A program made the position numbers and the translations under genes. The notes under the pieces were generated by a model. It was not told the DNA's origin. It searched no databases and saw only the letters and a program-made list of their open reading frames with translations. Positions 40,539 through 52,216 of a stretch of DNA of 64,000 bases are shown here, in pieces (position 1 is the stretch's first letter; each line of letters opens with the position of its first letter). This stretch comes from Polymyxa betae A26-41 (taxonomy: Eukaryota > Protista > Endomyxa: Phytomyxea), in contig RBZT01000499.1 of NCBI GenBank assembly GCA_003693705.1, forward strand, positions 310,001-374,000. The letters are read 5' to 3'.

Positions 40539-41734
40539 CAGAGTTACCCCGCGGTTTAGTGACACCTTAGGATATTGACATCCTCACTTTAGTGACAAAT
40601 TCGGCCTGACAATTAGTTTCCCATACTAATAGTGACAAAGTTGTCACTACCTTGGTTTACTGACATCTGTGGATATTTAAGTGGATGTCACTATTTCGAG
40701 GGATAGCAAATATAAGTGAACCCAATAAATGTTTTAGTAACAATCTTATAAAAAAATTTCAATCGTTCTTAATTCGTTCTATATGCATTGAGGCCATGGT
40801 TCCAGGCTTTACATGATTCACCCAAGCATGCAAGTGTTGAAGACATTTTTAACGGGGTTCCTTTGCCATGTCCTTCACAGTTATAACTAAGGTAAATCTG
40901 ATCCATTTCCCCCCATGATTGCGGCAATAGGAAGTTTTGTTGAGGCTACATCGTCTCTCTTTGTTGGAGGATGCTGATATGATACCGGATGGTCGGTGTA
41001 GAGAAAACGAGTCGGGATCCGTAGTTTTGGATAAAAAAGGAGGTAATCGTAGGAGCTGGATGAGACTATCGAGCTCTTTTCGCTTCTGTTTCGTCAGCAG
41101 AAGTTCCTGGATTTGTTATTAATTTGAGCACAAAATATAGCAAACTTGCTCCTGGACGAATGGAGGACTGCTCAATAAAGGACAAAGCCAATCGAGATCT
41201 AGTTGATGCCTCTATGGGACTTTTATTCCAACTAGTATAAGGGTCTAGGGTTTAGGGTTTCAAAGCTTAGTGACACCCTTGAGATAGTGACAGAAGTTGA
41301 CAGACAATTAGGTGGCGAATGACTAAACAGAGCGCTCCGGGGGCCGCGCCTATTAGTGGCTGCCTGTCTTTGTGGCTGGTAAATATGGCTTTTTTAGGGG
41401 CCTTTTTTAGGGGCTTTTCTTAGGATGTTTTCTCGGGACTTGTTTTAGGTTTTTTTTTTAATGAAGTTTAGGGGTATTCTACCTCCGGAAAGCAAATTCC
41501 AAATCTGCGGCTCCGTGGTCTGATGGGAAGAATACATATCGCGTTAGCAGATGTCATGTTCAGAGTTCGAGTGCCACGCAGGCGATGTCTTTTTCAGAGA
41601 ATTGAGTTCATGACTTCCAAAAATTTCTAAAGTCCCGACGAAACTCCGCAGCCTGCCAGAGCGGAGCGCGGCCCCCGGAGCGCTCTGTTTAGTCTCACGC
41701 CAATTAGGTGTCACTAAACCGCGGGGTAACTCTG
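40539..41734. mobile_element. Non-autonomous Tc1/mariner-superfamily (pogo/Tigger-like) DNA transposon
   Basis: Perfect 29-bp TIRs cagagttaccccgcggtttagtgacacct and aggtgtcactaaaccgcggggtaactctg, TA on both sides (40537-38, 41735-36), repeated subterminal tagtgaca motifs and no intact transposase. Confidence 0.9.
41314..41701. mobile_element. 388-bp MITE nested in the pogo-like element (Merlin/IS1595-like ends)
   Basis: 35-bp TIRs GGCGnnnGACTAAACAGAGCGCTCCGGGGGCCGCG and its inverse, flanked by the 8-bp direct duplication aattaggt (41306-13 and 41702-09). Confidence 0.85.
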
Positions 41735-41799
41735 TACCTAAAATACGATTTACAGACAATAGCAGTTTGAATTCAGGCAATCGCTCTATTCTCAGTTTA

Positions 41800-44700
41800 T
41801 CAAGTCAATTTACGAGGCTGACGTTGATTGGCGATTATTCTGTCCCCTAGACTTAGTGCAATGCCCTGTGTCTTAGCTCTAATGCGTATATAGCCAGAGA
41901 TGTTTCCATTGTCTAGTTTTTCAACACTGACATTGACGAGCGCATCTTCACCAAAGATACTGCGAGCATACAGATTGATAGCAAGGAAATTGCAATCCGA
42001 ATATCCTTCTCCACGCTCTGTGATACACTTCATATTAGCAAGATTGATAATATGTTCAACATATTCCTCCAAATCCCTATCATATCATGAGTAAACGTGC
42101 AACGTGAATAAGTTAAGCATTACTGTAAATCGGTGTTTACAGGGACCTTGTTCTCCCATTCGAATTCAACCCACATTGTTCTGAAATCGGTATCGGAGCA
42201 GGTTGCAGGAACAATGTAATCCATAATGTCTAAGAGCACCGTATTCATGACCACCAGTTGCCTCTCAGTAGAGCCACTCATATCGTAAACGATGTTCCCG
42301 AATATCATGCCTGATTCGGTAGAGGATACCTTGATAATAGCCTGAATGTTGATTGTTCCAAAAGGAGCGATTGTGTGTCCTTGTGGCCTTTCAACTAATT
42401 TTAGGTCTCCGCTAGTCGTCAACTCGACAGAGAGATTCTGCAGAGTCTTGTTCGTTTGGTTGACGATTAGAATATCCAGAACAATATCATATTGATGTAC
42501 AGTGACGTAAGCTTCACCATAAACAGGATCACTGAAACCTGTAAGTTGGAACACACGGTTCAGCTTGGTCGAGAACGCATCATTCCCTAAGGCGTCGTTG
42601 CTGGAATAAAAAATAAGCCACAACCCATGCATTACTAGTGACAGAGGTACCCAACAGCTTTCCCGACGTCCTCGTCATCCTCAAGGCCAAACTCGCCTAA
42701 GGTGGCACGAGGCTTCAACTGACGAATACAAATGCAATCATCCACCTAAACCATCCAAGATCAGAAGGCAAAATCCTAGTTGGAAAGAAAAATACTTGAG
42801 CTTTGGGCATTTCGTTTCGCTTGATGATTTCAGAAGCCAATCGCCGCTCTTTAAGAACGTCAATAAATACTTCACGACATTGCTTAAGAAATATGTCAGC
42901 ATGTTTCTGAGGCTCAGTTAACGCTCGGATACAACTTCTGATTCTATGGAAGTTTAGTTTGCGAGTGAGACAACATGGCGATAGAATACCGATCCAATGA
43001 ATCTTGATCGATAGGAGTGGCGGCTGATACAGTGCCATAGCACAGGATACTAGCCATGACGATCAATGCATTTGAAATAACAACATTTGATGAAGGAGTT
43101 CCAAATCCAAGCAACTCTGATTCCTTAAGAGCTAGGGCAAGTTAGCAGAGTCACAACTTCCCCAATTCGTCACATACCAAGTTTAGTTAAAGTATTACAA
43201 ACAACAGTAGCCAAGAAGTATTGCCCTTCTTTAATTAGTGAATGCAGTGTAACTTTGCCTAATTACAATATCAAAATACGCTTTCAAACAAAGAGAGAAA
43301 TCACCATCAGTAACAGAGACGTCAGTAGGACCAGGGACGGCAACAGTACTTTGTTGAGCATAAGTGCCATCTGACAATATGACCGGACGAGACGAGATCG
43401 CATGGGAACCGGGTTCGTCAGATTTCGGAGTGGGCGCGGTTGGCTCGCCTAATATCAAACTTAGTTTTCCAATTGTGGCAGATCGCTGATGTTTACTTGT
43501 TGTCTCAAACGGGATTGGGGCTAGAGATGAAAGTATTACCGACTTTGCATGTTCTAACAAAAGATTAGCTTCGCCAGTGGCCGAAAAACCAAGAATTACC
43601 AATGGCCCTAGAATCGTTAGCATATTCGCCGATTACCCATAATGCAACGCGATACACAACTGCCTGCTTGATTTCTGAAAAAGAATCCAGCAATTTCTCA
43701 AGAATATTAGAGCGGAGCTATGAATCCATAACGTTAAATGTGGAAGAGACGCCATGCAGAAATAAAGCATACATAATCGTACTCCTGAATTATACCCCGG
43801 ACGTAGTACATGACGTCTAGAGGCCCCTAAACACAGAGCGAATTGATACTCTTCGATAGAATGATGGCATTAATGTTTACATTTCCTGATTCTTCGCTGA
43901 TAAAGTTCAATAGCAGAAGCACGACGGAGCTTGCAACATCCGGAAACCGCATAGCGCATTCGTACACCGCCTCAACTAGAGAAGCCTTTAGGCACATAAT
44001 GTATAAATCGAGAAAGAAATGCAAACCTAGCAATGTACGATATGGGGAAGCTAGACTGTCATTTGAAGTCTCGGTGGACATTATTTCTTTCTTCAAAAAA
44101 TTCACCACCTCATGAGCATTGCGGTTCGAAACTATATATCGAACAATGCCAAGAGTCTTCTTGCGAATATCAATATTTGGAGTTGTTAATGTTCTTAAAA
44201 TATCCATAATAGATTCCTAACAGAAATGTCAGATTCACACCGGCGGGTTGGCGACGCTAACAGAACCTGAACAATTTTTTCGTGACGAGCTCGCAGACTG
44301 TCTAGACGATCAAGAACGATTAGTTTGACATTATGATCGGCTTCAGCCGTGAGAAGCTGGGCCAGTGTAGTGACACAGGCTCTGACGGCAGTTGGAGACG
44401 TGGATAATGTAAGCAATGTGCAGGCTCCTTCGAAAGCAACGGTGTTGGATTCCGAATTCAGCAGAGAATAAACACACCGAATATATTTTCCTTTGCAAGC
44501 TGGATCCATGCGGCAAACCTAAACAGGCTATATTAGAATGGGGTAATCAAGCTTAAATCACACAGACTTTTCGGACGAGTTCTAAGACCACCATTTGGAA
44601 ACTTTCCCCGAACGTTGGAATCTGGCCAATAACACTATCCAGATAAACAACTGCTCGACCGATATCACAATGGAAGAGCATCAGAAAAGCATTTCGCTTA

Positions 44701-45418
44701 GTCTGCAGGTTCGGTTCCGAGACAAGCAAGTTAGCAATTTTCTCAGGGGCATCAGGTATCAAATCCGGAAACGCCTAGAGTCTTGCTTGAACCATGTCGT
44801 TATCACATATGCAAAGAACTCCTGACCTGATAAATCTCGAATACGGCCAGAATGGCGTTCTTCCGAACGTAAGAATGTCGATGGGATAAATTCGATGTAA
44901 CAACAGGAATCAAAGATTCCAAGATTTCTGGATACTTAATCTTGCATAAAAGGCGTAGAGTGGATCCTCTGATATATTCATTAGGACTTTCGAGGTCATT
45001 CCTGATGTAGTTGCTGAAACAAGATGTAAGCGCTAGAAAGCATAAAAACACGATAGATTGAGAATACCAGACAAGAATCATTTCAGGTAGAAGCTTTCCG
45101 CTGCTATCGGTCATATCACAAGACTCCCAGAAAATCAGCAGAATTTTTTTGATATTATCATCATCGCATTGAAGGCACGATTTGATAACAGGCATTAGCA
45201 TATTTCTTTGAGATTCTCCATTTAGCGCAAGTAAAATAATCTGAAGCGCCGTTAATCCTCCAGACATTTTAAAGTTGCCAAACAACCTGCTTCAATGCTA
45301 TTTTTTTGTCTTCAATATTCGGGCTGTCCAGCTTCGTTCGGATGTCGTTTGTCTTCACTGATGATATCTCATCATTGTGCATAAGCACAGTGCAGCAACT
45401 ATCGACTGCATTGGCCAT
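41800..45418 (-). CDS. COPB1: Coatomer subunit beta (multi-exon)
   Basis: [70 protein letters not shown] and [16 protein letters not shown]. Confidence 0.96.
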
Positions 45419-45679
45419 ATCGACAGCTTTCGACTCTAGAGAAATGAGTTATTCTAAATAAGGGGCACTTTATCCGGAAAGAAAATGGCCCAATTTGAGT
45501 CTAGCTATACAAAAACAATGCAGCAAAAACTGTCTGTGAACACACCTGATCAAGTTACGTCGACTCCAATGAAGTCAAATGGAGTCAGCCCGACCTGGGT
45601 TCTAAACGAATGGCTAAAGAAATGATCTGCTACAAGAAAGAAGCTGGTTTACGAAACGCAAAACTGCGCAGCGATCAAC

Positions 45680-46904
45680 AGTTTAGGTTATCCTGCAGTT
45701 GCTCGATTGTGTGAGGATTGGACTCCAACTGAAGGCCCCGCCAAAACTGCTTCTCGCCTCGTTACTGTTTCTCATTCAGTGGGCAACAATTTGGGGAACT
45801 GCTAAAGAGTTCGTAATTGACGATATCCCTCAAGGCATTTCCATTGCAATCCAATCGCAAACTCAGGAATTGCGATCCTGTTTCTCAACGCACTTAGTGC
45901 GAGCAGTCGGTAAAAAAATACCGTCAAATCGGATTTGAAATGATATGCAAAAGATGACATGTACTGAAAGAAACTGAGAGGCAAAGAGCAATCAACAATA
46001 AACTGATGCTGCTCTTTATAAGCATCGGTGCGTTTTACACACAGAAGATAAATGAAAATGTTTTCTTGAAACTTCAAGTGATAACTGATAATGTTGTGAG
46101 ATATCCAGATATGAGATTCAGAACAATTCACATAATCGAATGGCTTATTCCTGCGGTGAAGTCTCCTTCAGAAAATTGGCATTTCTGCATCATCGGCAAA
46201 GTCACGGTGCCATATTTTGCATGAGATCGAGAAAACCTGATAGTTAGCACAGCGAGATGACCAGTCCCAACCCTGAAAGCATTCCATTCCAAAAATACAG
46301 TGGAAGCAAAAATCGACTGCATTGGACCATAATGGTAGCTTTTTGCTCTGAACAAACGGAACAGTTCTTCATGCGCATAGGGTAAAATTAACTGTACGTA
46401 ACAAGCTCAAAAAGCATGTTCAAGCTATGTCGATGCGAAAGAATCGATACAGCAACGCTATGATCAGTCTGAAGATAAAAAGCTGGTTAACCAAAAGTGA
46501 AGCGACGAATAGTTACGCATGGAGAACCGGGAACCTTGGAACAAAGCCCTTCCGCACCTTGCATTGTCATAGTTCGTGACTAACGTCTCATATTTATTAG
46601 CCACAGCAGCAGCATTGAAAAAGTCAACGAGCACTTTCAACAGAACTACAGAAGGCATGAACAACAGAGCGAGTTCGCAGCTGGAAAGAAGTTTGGGTGA
46701 CGCATTATTTGTCAATGTGGTAGGAAAGCCGAAAATAGCGTCAAATTCGGATCTGTATTCACTTAGCGTCGCGACTCGCGATTCAAGACGACGACGGAAA
46801 CTGGGAGCACTCAATGCAGTATTCAAAAAATGGCCCCGTTTTCGTTTACAGATGCGCTGCCATAAGGGGGCCAGCCATGAGCCTTGAAACGCTACAACTT
46901 CCAT
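45680..46904 (-). CDS. Hypothetical multi-exon protein (3' boundary uncertain)
   Basis: First exon of about 130 codons (MEVVAFQGSWLAPLWQR...) followed by several short minus-strand ORFs with plausible splice sites; no motif recognised. Confidence 0.4.
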
Positions 46905-46991
46905 GTCTGAAGGTTGGGGCTCCCCTGCATATGTCGTTGTAACGCAGCCATACGCCGCCGCCTTTAACAGCCGATTCGGACTGTTAGGGTG

Positions 46992-47981
46992 ATGATGGCT
47001 GGCAATAGCGTCAATCCCTTGGCAGACATGACGGTCAGCGACCAGAGTGATGTACAGAAGACGCTTCACGTGCTGTCCTTAAGAGTATCGCACCTCGGTT
47101 CCCAAGTCGAAAGCCTGCTGGAGAACTTCGAGACAAAATTCCACCATCTGTCGGGTCGCATACGTAGTGTCGAGAAGCGTCAGGCAACCATACACTTAGA
47201 CAATGAATTCATCATTCCTGATACAAAACGTATCAAAGTCGACGAATTGAAAATTCCTATCCCTGAGACGGAAATAAACTTCATGCAGTCACGATTAACA
47301 GGGCCTGTAAAAGACGCCATCCATGAGCTAGGAAGGTTAGCGCTATTCGATCAAGATGTTGCTTTGAGATTTCTGCAAATCGGATCCGACAAATCGGTAA
47401 GGATTGTGTTGGCTTGCCTGACGGGATTCCCATTTTTTCTTCTCAGGTAGCAACGGCAGCGCTTCATTCAAAGAATTTACAGCCAGTGCGGGATTCTCTA
47501 AATTGGTCATTTCTTCCTGTTGAAGTAGTCGAGCTTCTTGAGCAACGCTTCGTCAAAACTGTTGCTAAAAAGGTATGGTCCCAAATAAGAGTTACAATTT
47601 CTCTAATCTAGTCCCTAGGTTGAACATACGAAAAGGAAAATCCGACAAAACTCACCACAGGATTTATTGACGACTGCGAAGCATGGAAAGACGGAAACGC
47701 CTTTTCTAGAACAATTACTAGGACGTTTAGGAAAAAGTCATGATGCTGGAAACTGCGAAACAACCTGCAGCTCTTTGAATACGTCGAATATGTCGCCGAA
47801 TACAGCAGCGTCTACATCAGATGATGTTATATTCGATGCAAAAGCCGTGTTTGTCGAAATACCTGAACGAAACGGGTCTTTTGAGCATCATTTGGAGATT
47901 CAGATTGTACCAGATTGTGAAGAGCAGTCTGCTGTCAAGAATGACACTGATGATTTATCGAAACTCGCTTCGTTCACTTGA
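46992..47981 (+). CDS. Protein with an N-terminal coiled coil and a possible BEN-like domain (two introns)
   Basis: Exons join via GT-AG introns (about 47397-47446 and 47573-47618) to give a coiled coil, KRIKV, then AIHELGRLALFDQDV..GSDKS..ALHSKNLQPVRDSL..F..KTVAKKVEHTKRK. Confidence 0.6.
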
Positions 47982-48106
47982 CTCTTTATATAATAGCACA
48001 GACATTCATTCATAAAACTATAATATTGCAAAGCACATGGTTTGTGAAATACAAAACTCTTTATTGGAGTCCAATGCAGCACAAAGAACTAGAATGATAA
48101 ATAATC

Positions 48107-48800
48107 TCAGATATTACTGGATTTCGATGCGCTTGACATTGCTTGGTTCTGGACTTGTCTTAGGCAAATGCAAGCAAAGAACACCATTTTGGTATTCAGA
48201 CTTGATGCTGTTGGTGTCGATATTATCTGGAAGTCGCATCGATCGAATCGCTTTTCCATAGCGTCGCTCACGAATACGGTTCTGTTCGTCCCCGCTTGAC
48301 TTTTCTTCTTCGCGATGGCATTCAATCTCCAATACGTCACCTGAAACTCGGATATTGAAGTTGGATTTATCCATGCCAGGCACATCAGCTTTCAAGGTCA
48401 TTTCCTTATCAGTCTCGGAGACATCGAGGGGTAAATCCTTCGTGGCCAATCAGCTCAAAGAAGAAGCCGCCTCTTGAATGCTTACCACTATAGGGACGCT
48501 GACATCAGATAAGGCACCTGTAGTCCAAGGGGAGAGCCACGATGATTGGCTAAGAGGCGCTCCTCCAGTTGATAATGCTGTAGAAGGTGTCGACACCGTA
48601 GAGGAAAGAAGTGGCAACGTCGATGTAGTGCCGAGCATCGTGGGGAAAGTTCCAAACCCTCCAGCAAAACCGGGACCGAATCCGGGGGTTCCAGCGAGCG
48701 AACCGCTAAATAACGGGTCGGAGAACGCATCAAAGACGTCGTTGAGACGACGTCGCAATTCAGTGAACTGGCGATCATAAGGTTGACGTCCGAGCATCAT
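48107..48800 (-). CDS. Small heat-shock protein (HSP20/alpha-crystallin), one intron
   Basis: LDVSETDKEMTLKADVPGMDK..IRERRYGKAIRSMRLPDNID..IKSEYQNGVLCLHLPK..KRIEIQ. Confidence 0.93.
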
Positions 48801-48870
48801 GTTGGCAGCAGCTCTATTGTCAATAGCAGAAGATGGTATGATTCTGGCTTGAAAATCTCGCAGCCGCCCG

Positions 48871-48880
48871 TTTATATAGG
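48871..48880 (-). promoter_or_regulatory. TATA box of the HSP20 gene
   Basis: CCTATATAAA on the minus strand, about 70 bp upstream of the ATG. Confidence 0.6.
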
Positions 48881-49351
48881 CAGTCGGACGAACGGATGCC
48901 TTGAGCACTGGACGTTCATTCGCTTAGCTGTTCGTTCATTCATAAATTTAGCTGAGCAGCAACGACACGTACGCATTCATAACATGAGCACAGAGATGCG
49001 AATTCATTGGTTTGGAAGCTTACTTGATATTTCATCCGTTCTTTATGAGATAAGCTAAGCTCGCGAGAATCGAATGGGATCCGCGGCGACCGGGTCGCCA
49101 CATTTCTGCTTATGCTTCTGACAGGAATATGGGGAATGAAGAGGGACCTTGGCTCTTACACGTTGGCTTCCTGTAAGAGCTTTTACTACCTGTTGTTCCG
49201 CGAGGTCCGTCTTTTCATAGAAGATCTGTCAATAAATGGGACAAATCACAAACTCTATGGAACAGAGCAAGAAGGTTTTTCATATGAGAAACATAATGCC
49301 CACTTTGCGCAGGTTTTACAAATAGGTAGTCATGTTGCATTAACTTCATCA

Positions 49352-50433
49352 ATGCAGAGAATTCTTGGGCGTCGTGGGCTGTCTGCACTGGCTGTTGCTT
49401 CTCCAATCGATGTGAAGGTCGGGGATGGAATTGCAAGGGTGGGATTATCCAAGAAGGATACCCGAAACGCCTTGGGACGGGATATGATCCGTTCATTGCG
49501 ATCTGCTGTCGCTGACATTGGAGCCGATTCCAGCATAATAGCCGTTGTTTTTTTCAGCTCGGTGCCAAAAGTATTCTGTGCTGGCGCCGATTTAAAAGTG
49601 ATATACATCACACTTCGCTGAAACTCGCTGCTTAATAGCATTTTTCTAGGAGAGAGTGACGATGACTGATGCTGAAGTGTCTCATTTCGTTTCCATTCTT
49701 CGACAATCCTTCGTTGAGATAGAGGTGCAATAGGTTTTGCTGCCAGAGAGTTTGAGTGCTTAATAATATGGCAGCAACTTCCAATGCCAACAATCGCTGC
49801 TTTGGATGGCGCAGCTCTTGGGGGAGGATTAGAGTTAGCATTGTCTTGCGACATTCGAGTCGGTGGTACTGGAGTATTGTTGGGGCTAGTTGAGACCAAA
49901 CTTGGAATAATTCCTGGGTACCAGTCCAAATCTGAATTGCTCGCTGGCATTTACACTACTCGTTTAGCGCTGGTGGGACACAACGACTTCCTCGTCTTAT
50001 TGGAATTCCAAAAGCCAAGGAGCTGATCTTCACTGGGAAGCGTCTGGACGGTGCCACAGCTTATAACTTAGGCAAAAAATTCTTTTCAGCATCATGCTTC
50101 CTGTGTAGTAATCCTATTTCTTTAGGGATTTTGAACCATTTCGTCGCTGAGGGATCGGCTTTTGATAAGAGCATGGAGATTGCGAAAGAGATCTCTCTAG
50201 GTGTACGTCGCTGTGTCCGTTTAATTCGATTTTTACGAATGCATCTGCTTTGACAGGCGCCTTTAGCTCTCCGTGCTGCCAAAACGGCCATCAATGAAGG
50301 CATCAACGTGGATATTGCAACAGGCATGATTATTGAGAAGCTCTGCTATGCCCAAGTGATTAAAACCGAGGACCGTTTAGAGGGCATTCGAGCCTTTGCA
50401 GAAAAGCGCACGCCCCAATATAAAGGACGTTAA
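49352..50433 (+). CDS. AUH: Methylglutaconyl-CoA hydratase / enoyl-CoA hydratase (crotonase), probably mitochondrial
   Basis: Transit-like N-terminus, [49 protein letters not shown] and [19 protein letters not shown]. Confidence 0.9.
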
Positions 50434-50536
50434 CCCTTAATACACAATCCACACAATAGAACACCCAAATAAACAAATTGTGTCACTTTATCGCTACTCA
50501 CCGCGAATCAGTACAGTCGTCCGATTTCGTCTTCTG

Positions 50537-52118
50537 ATGCCGTACCAGAGACGAGTCTGGCTGGCGACCGTCCAGATCAGTCTCGTGGTGCTCGCTCAGG
50601 GTCTTGCCGAGCCCAGCGTTTTCAACTTTGCCTCGTCGGTGGCGGGCGCTAAAGTTCTGGCTTCCAGCAGCGGCATCTCAACGGCTCAGGCGAGAACGAA
50701 TCCTAACGAGAGGTGCTATGAAACTAACGCGATCTATAGGGATGTTTAGATCCTGATCCTGATCGTTATCTCTTGATAGAACGAAATAATAAACGGGTCG
50801 AATGGATTGTCATTCAGCTCAGCGAAGGTCTGCAAGATGTTTGTATTGTATTGGTGCTTAAATTGATTCGGTGCTAATAGATATAACGCCGAAGCGCATC
50901 GAGCTTCAAAATTCAGAGTACTATGCTACATCGCCGAGATTAATTGAGGTCAGCTTGATGGGATCTCGAACATTTAACCATTAATATATCCATGAAATTA
51001 GGTTTCAGCTAGCTCTCTTTGGCCTACAGATCAATGGGCCCTGCTGGGAGAACTAAAAGTTCACAAAACTCGGCAAATGCAATCGTTTCGGATAGAAACC
51101 GATAAACTATATAGGTTAGCTGATCTCTCTCGCCGCTCTAATTAGCTGAATCTGACAACAGGTATTTGAAGATAAGAGTTAAAGGTGCCCATGAGCCCTC
51201 TCGCTTATGCACATTGACGTCTTTCAAAGTTTTCGGAATTCCAGCTCTACAACCGGCCATGTATTTGCCTTCAAATAACCACTTCGCTGTCCATTCTAAG
51301 TGTGTTAGGTCACGTCTGGATGCTGCAGATGCTGGAATCGAACAGTTGGTATCTTTCAGCCATCGACTTCCAAATCTCCCACAACCGGTTTATTTAGAGA
51401 AAGAAGTCTGAGCTTAAAACATTTGCTGATTCGTTTCACCTCAAAATTGTCTACAGAACTCTTGCCCGATTCCGAGTTTTAACGCTGCCATGCTCTTGGA
51501 TTCCACTATAAAATCTGGCTCAATCGTAGCGCCGGTCCAGGCCGATTTGCGAGCTTTGTGGGATATTGAAGGTGCTGGTGGCGTCGGCTCACTGTTATCC
51601 ACATTCTGACATTTTTTCAATTCAGAATCTCGACCTTCAGAGAATGGTTCAATCTACTCAACACTGATGTCACGTTTGCAAACAATTGCTCGAAGACAAA
51701 AACTATCGCAATCTAACACGCAAGCTGTTTTGGAGCGTTCTCGACTCTCCCTATCACATTTAAAAGACCACATGACGTATCTAGACAGAAAAGCCATGCA
51801 AGTTGATGCAAAGGTTATTGAATAGTGAGCAAACTTTATCGCATCTGAAACTGTGCCTCTTTAGCAACGAAGCCATCTCCAAACACACAGCGATTTGCTT
51901 CAATTCTCGCAGCTACAGGTTCATTGCGATCTGTTAACTCGAGCTGTGCCAAGGTGCAATGAGAGAGTTTCCTTCGTATGTCTCTGGATCTGATAATGCC
52001 TAGGTTAGCAGAACGAGCTGAGCAGTTTGAGAGAGACTTAAACACTGTTATTTATCTTGCAATTGGAGCTGCTATCAGCTCTGCTGTGTTATTGAGTGCT
52101 CTGTTCTATAAATTCTAG
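50537..52118 (+). CDS. Mid-SUN (Slp1/SUCO-like) protein
   Basis: Signal peptide, FNFASSVAGAKVL, DPDRYL, WIVIQLSEDI, NSEYYATSPR, CTLTSFKVFG, SIYSTLMSRLQ coiled coil and a C-terminal TM ending ALFYKF*. Confidence 0.85.
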
Positions 52119-52216
52119 CGCTGTTCGTTCACTTTGACTGAGAATGTTTCTGGAGAAAGCTTTCCTCACAGGATCGATAGCAGTCTGTGTCTGTCGATCG
52201 TTATCCCAACTATGAG

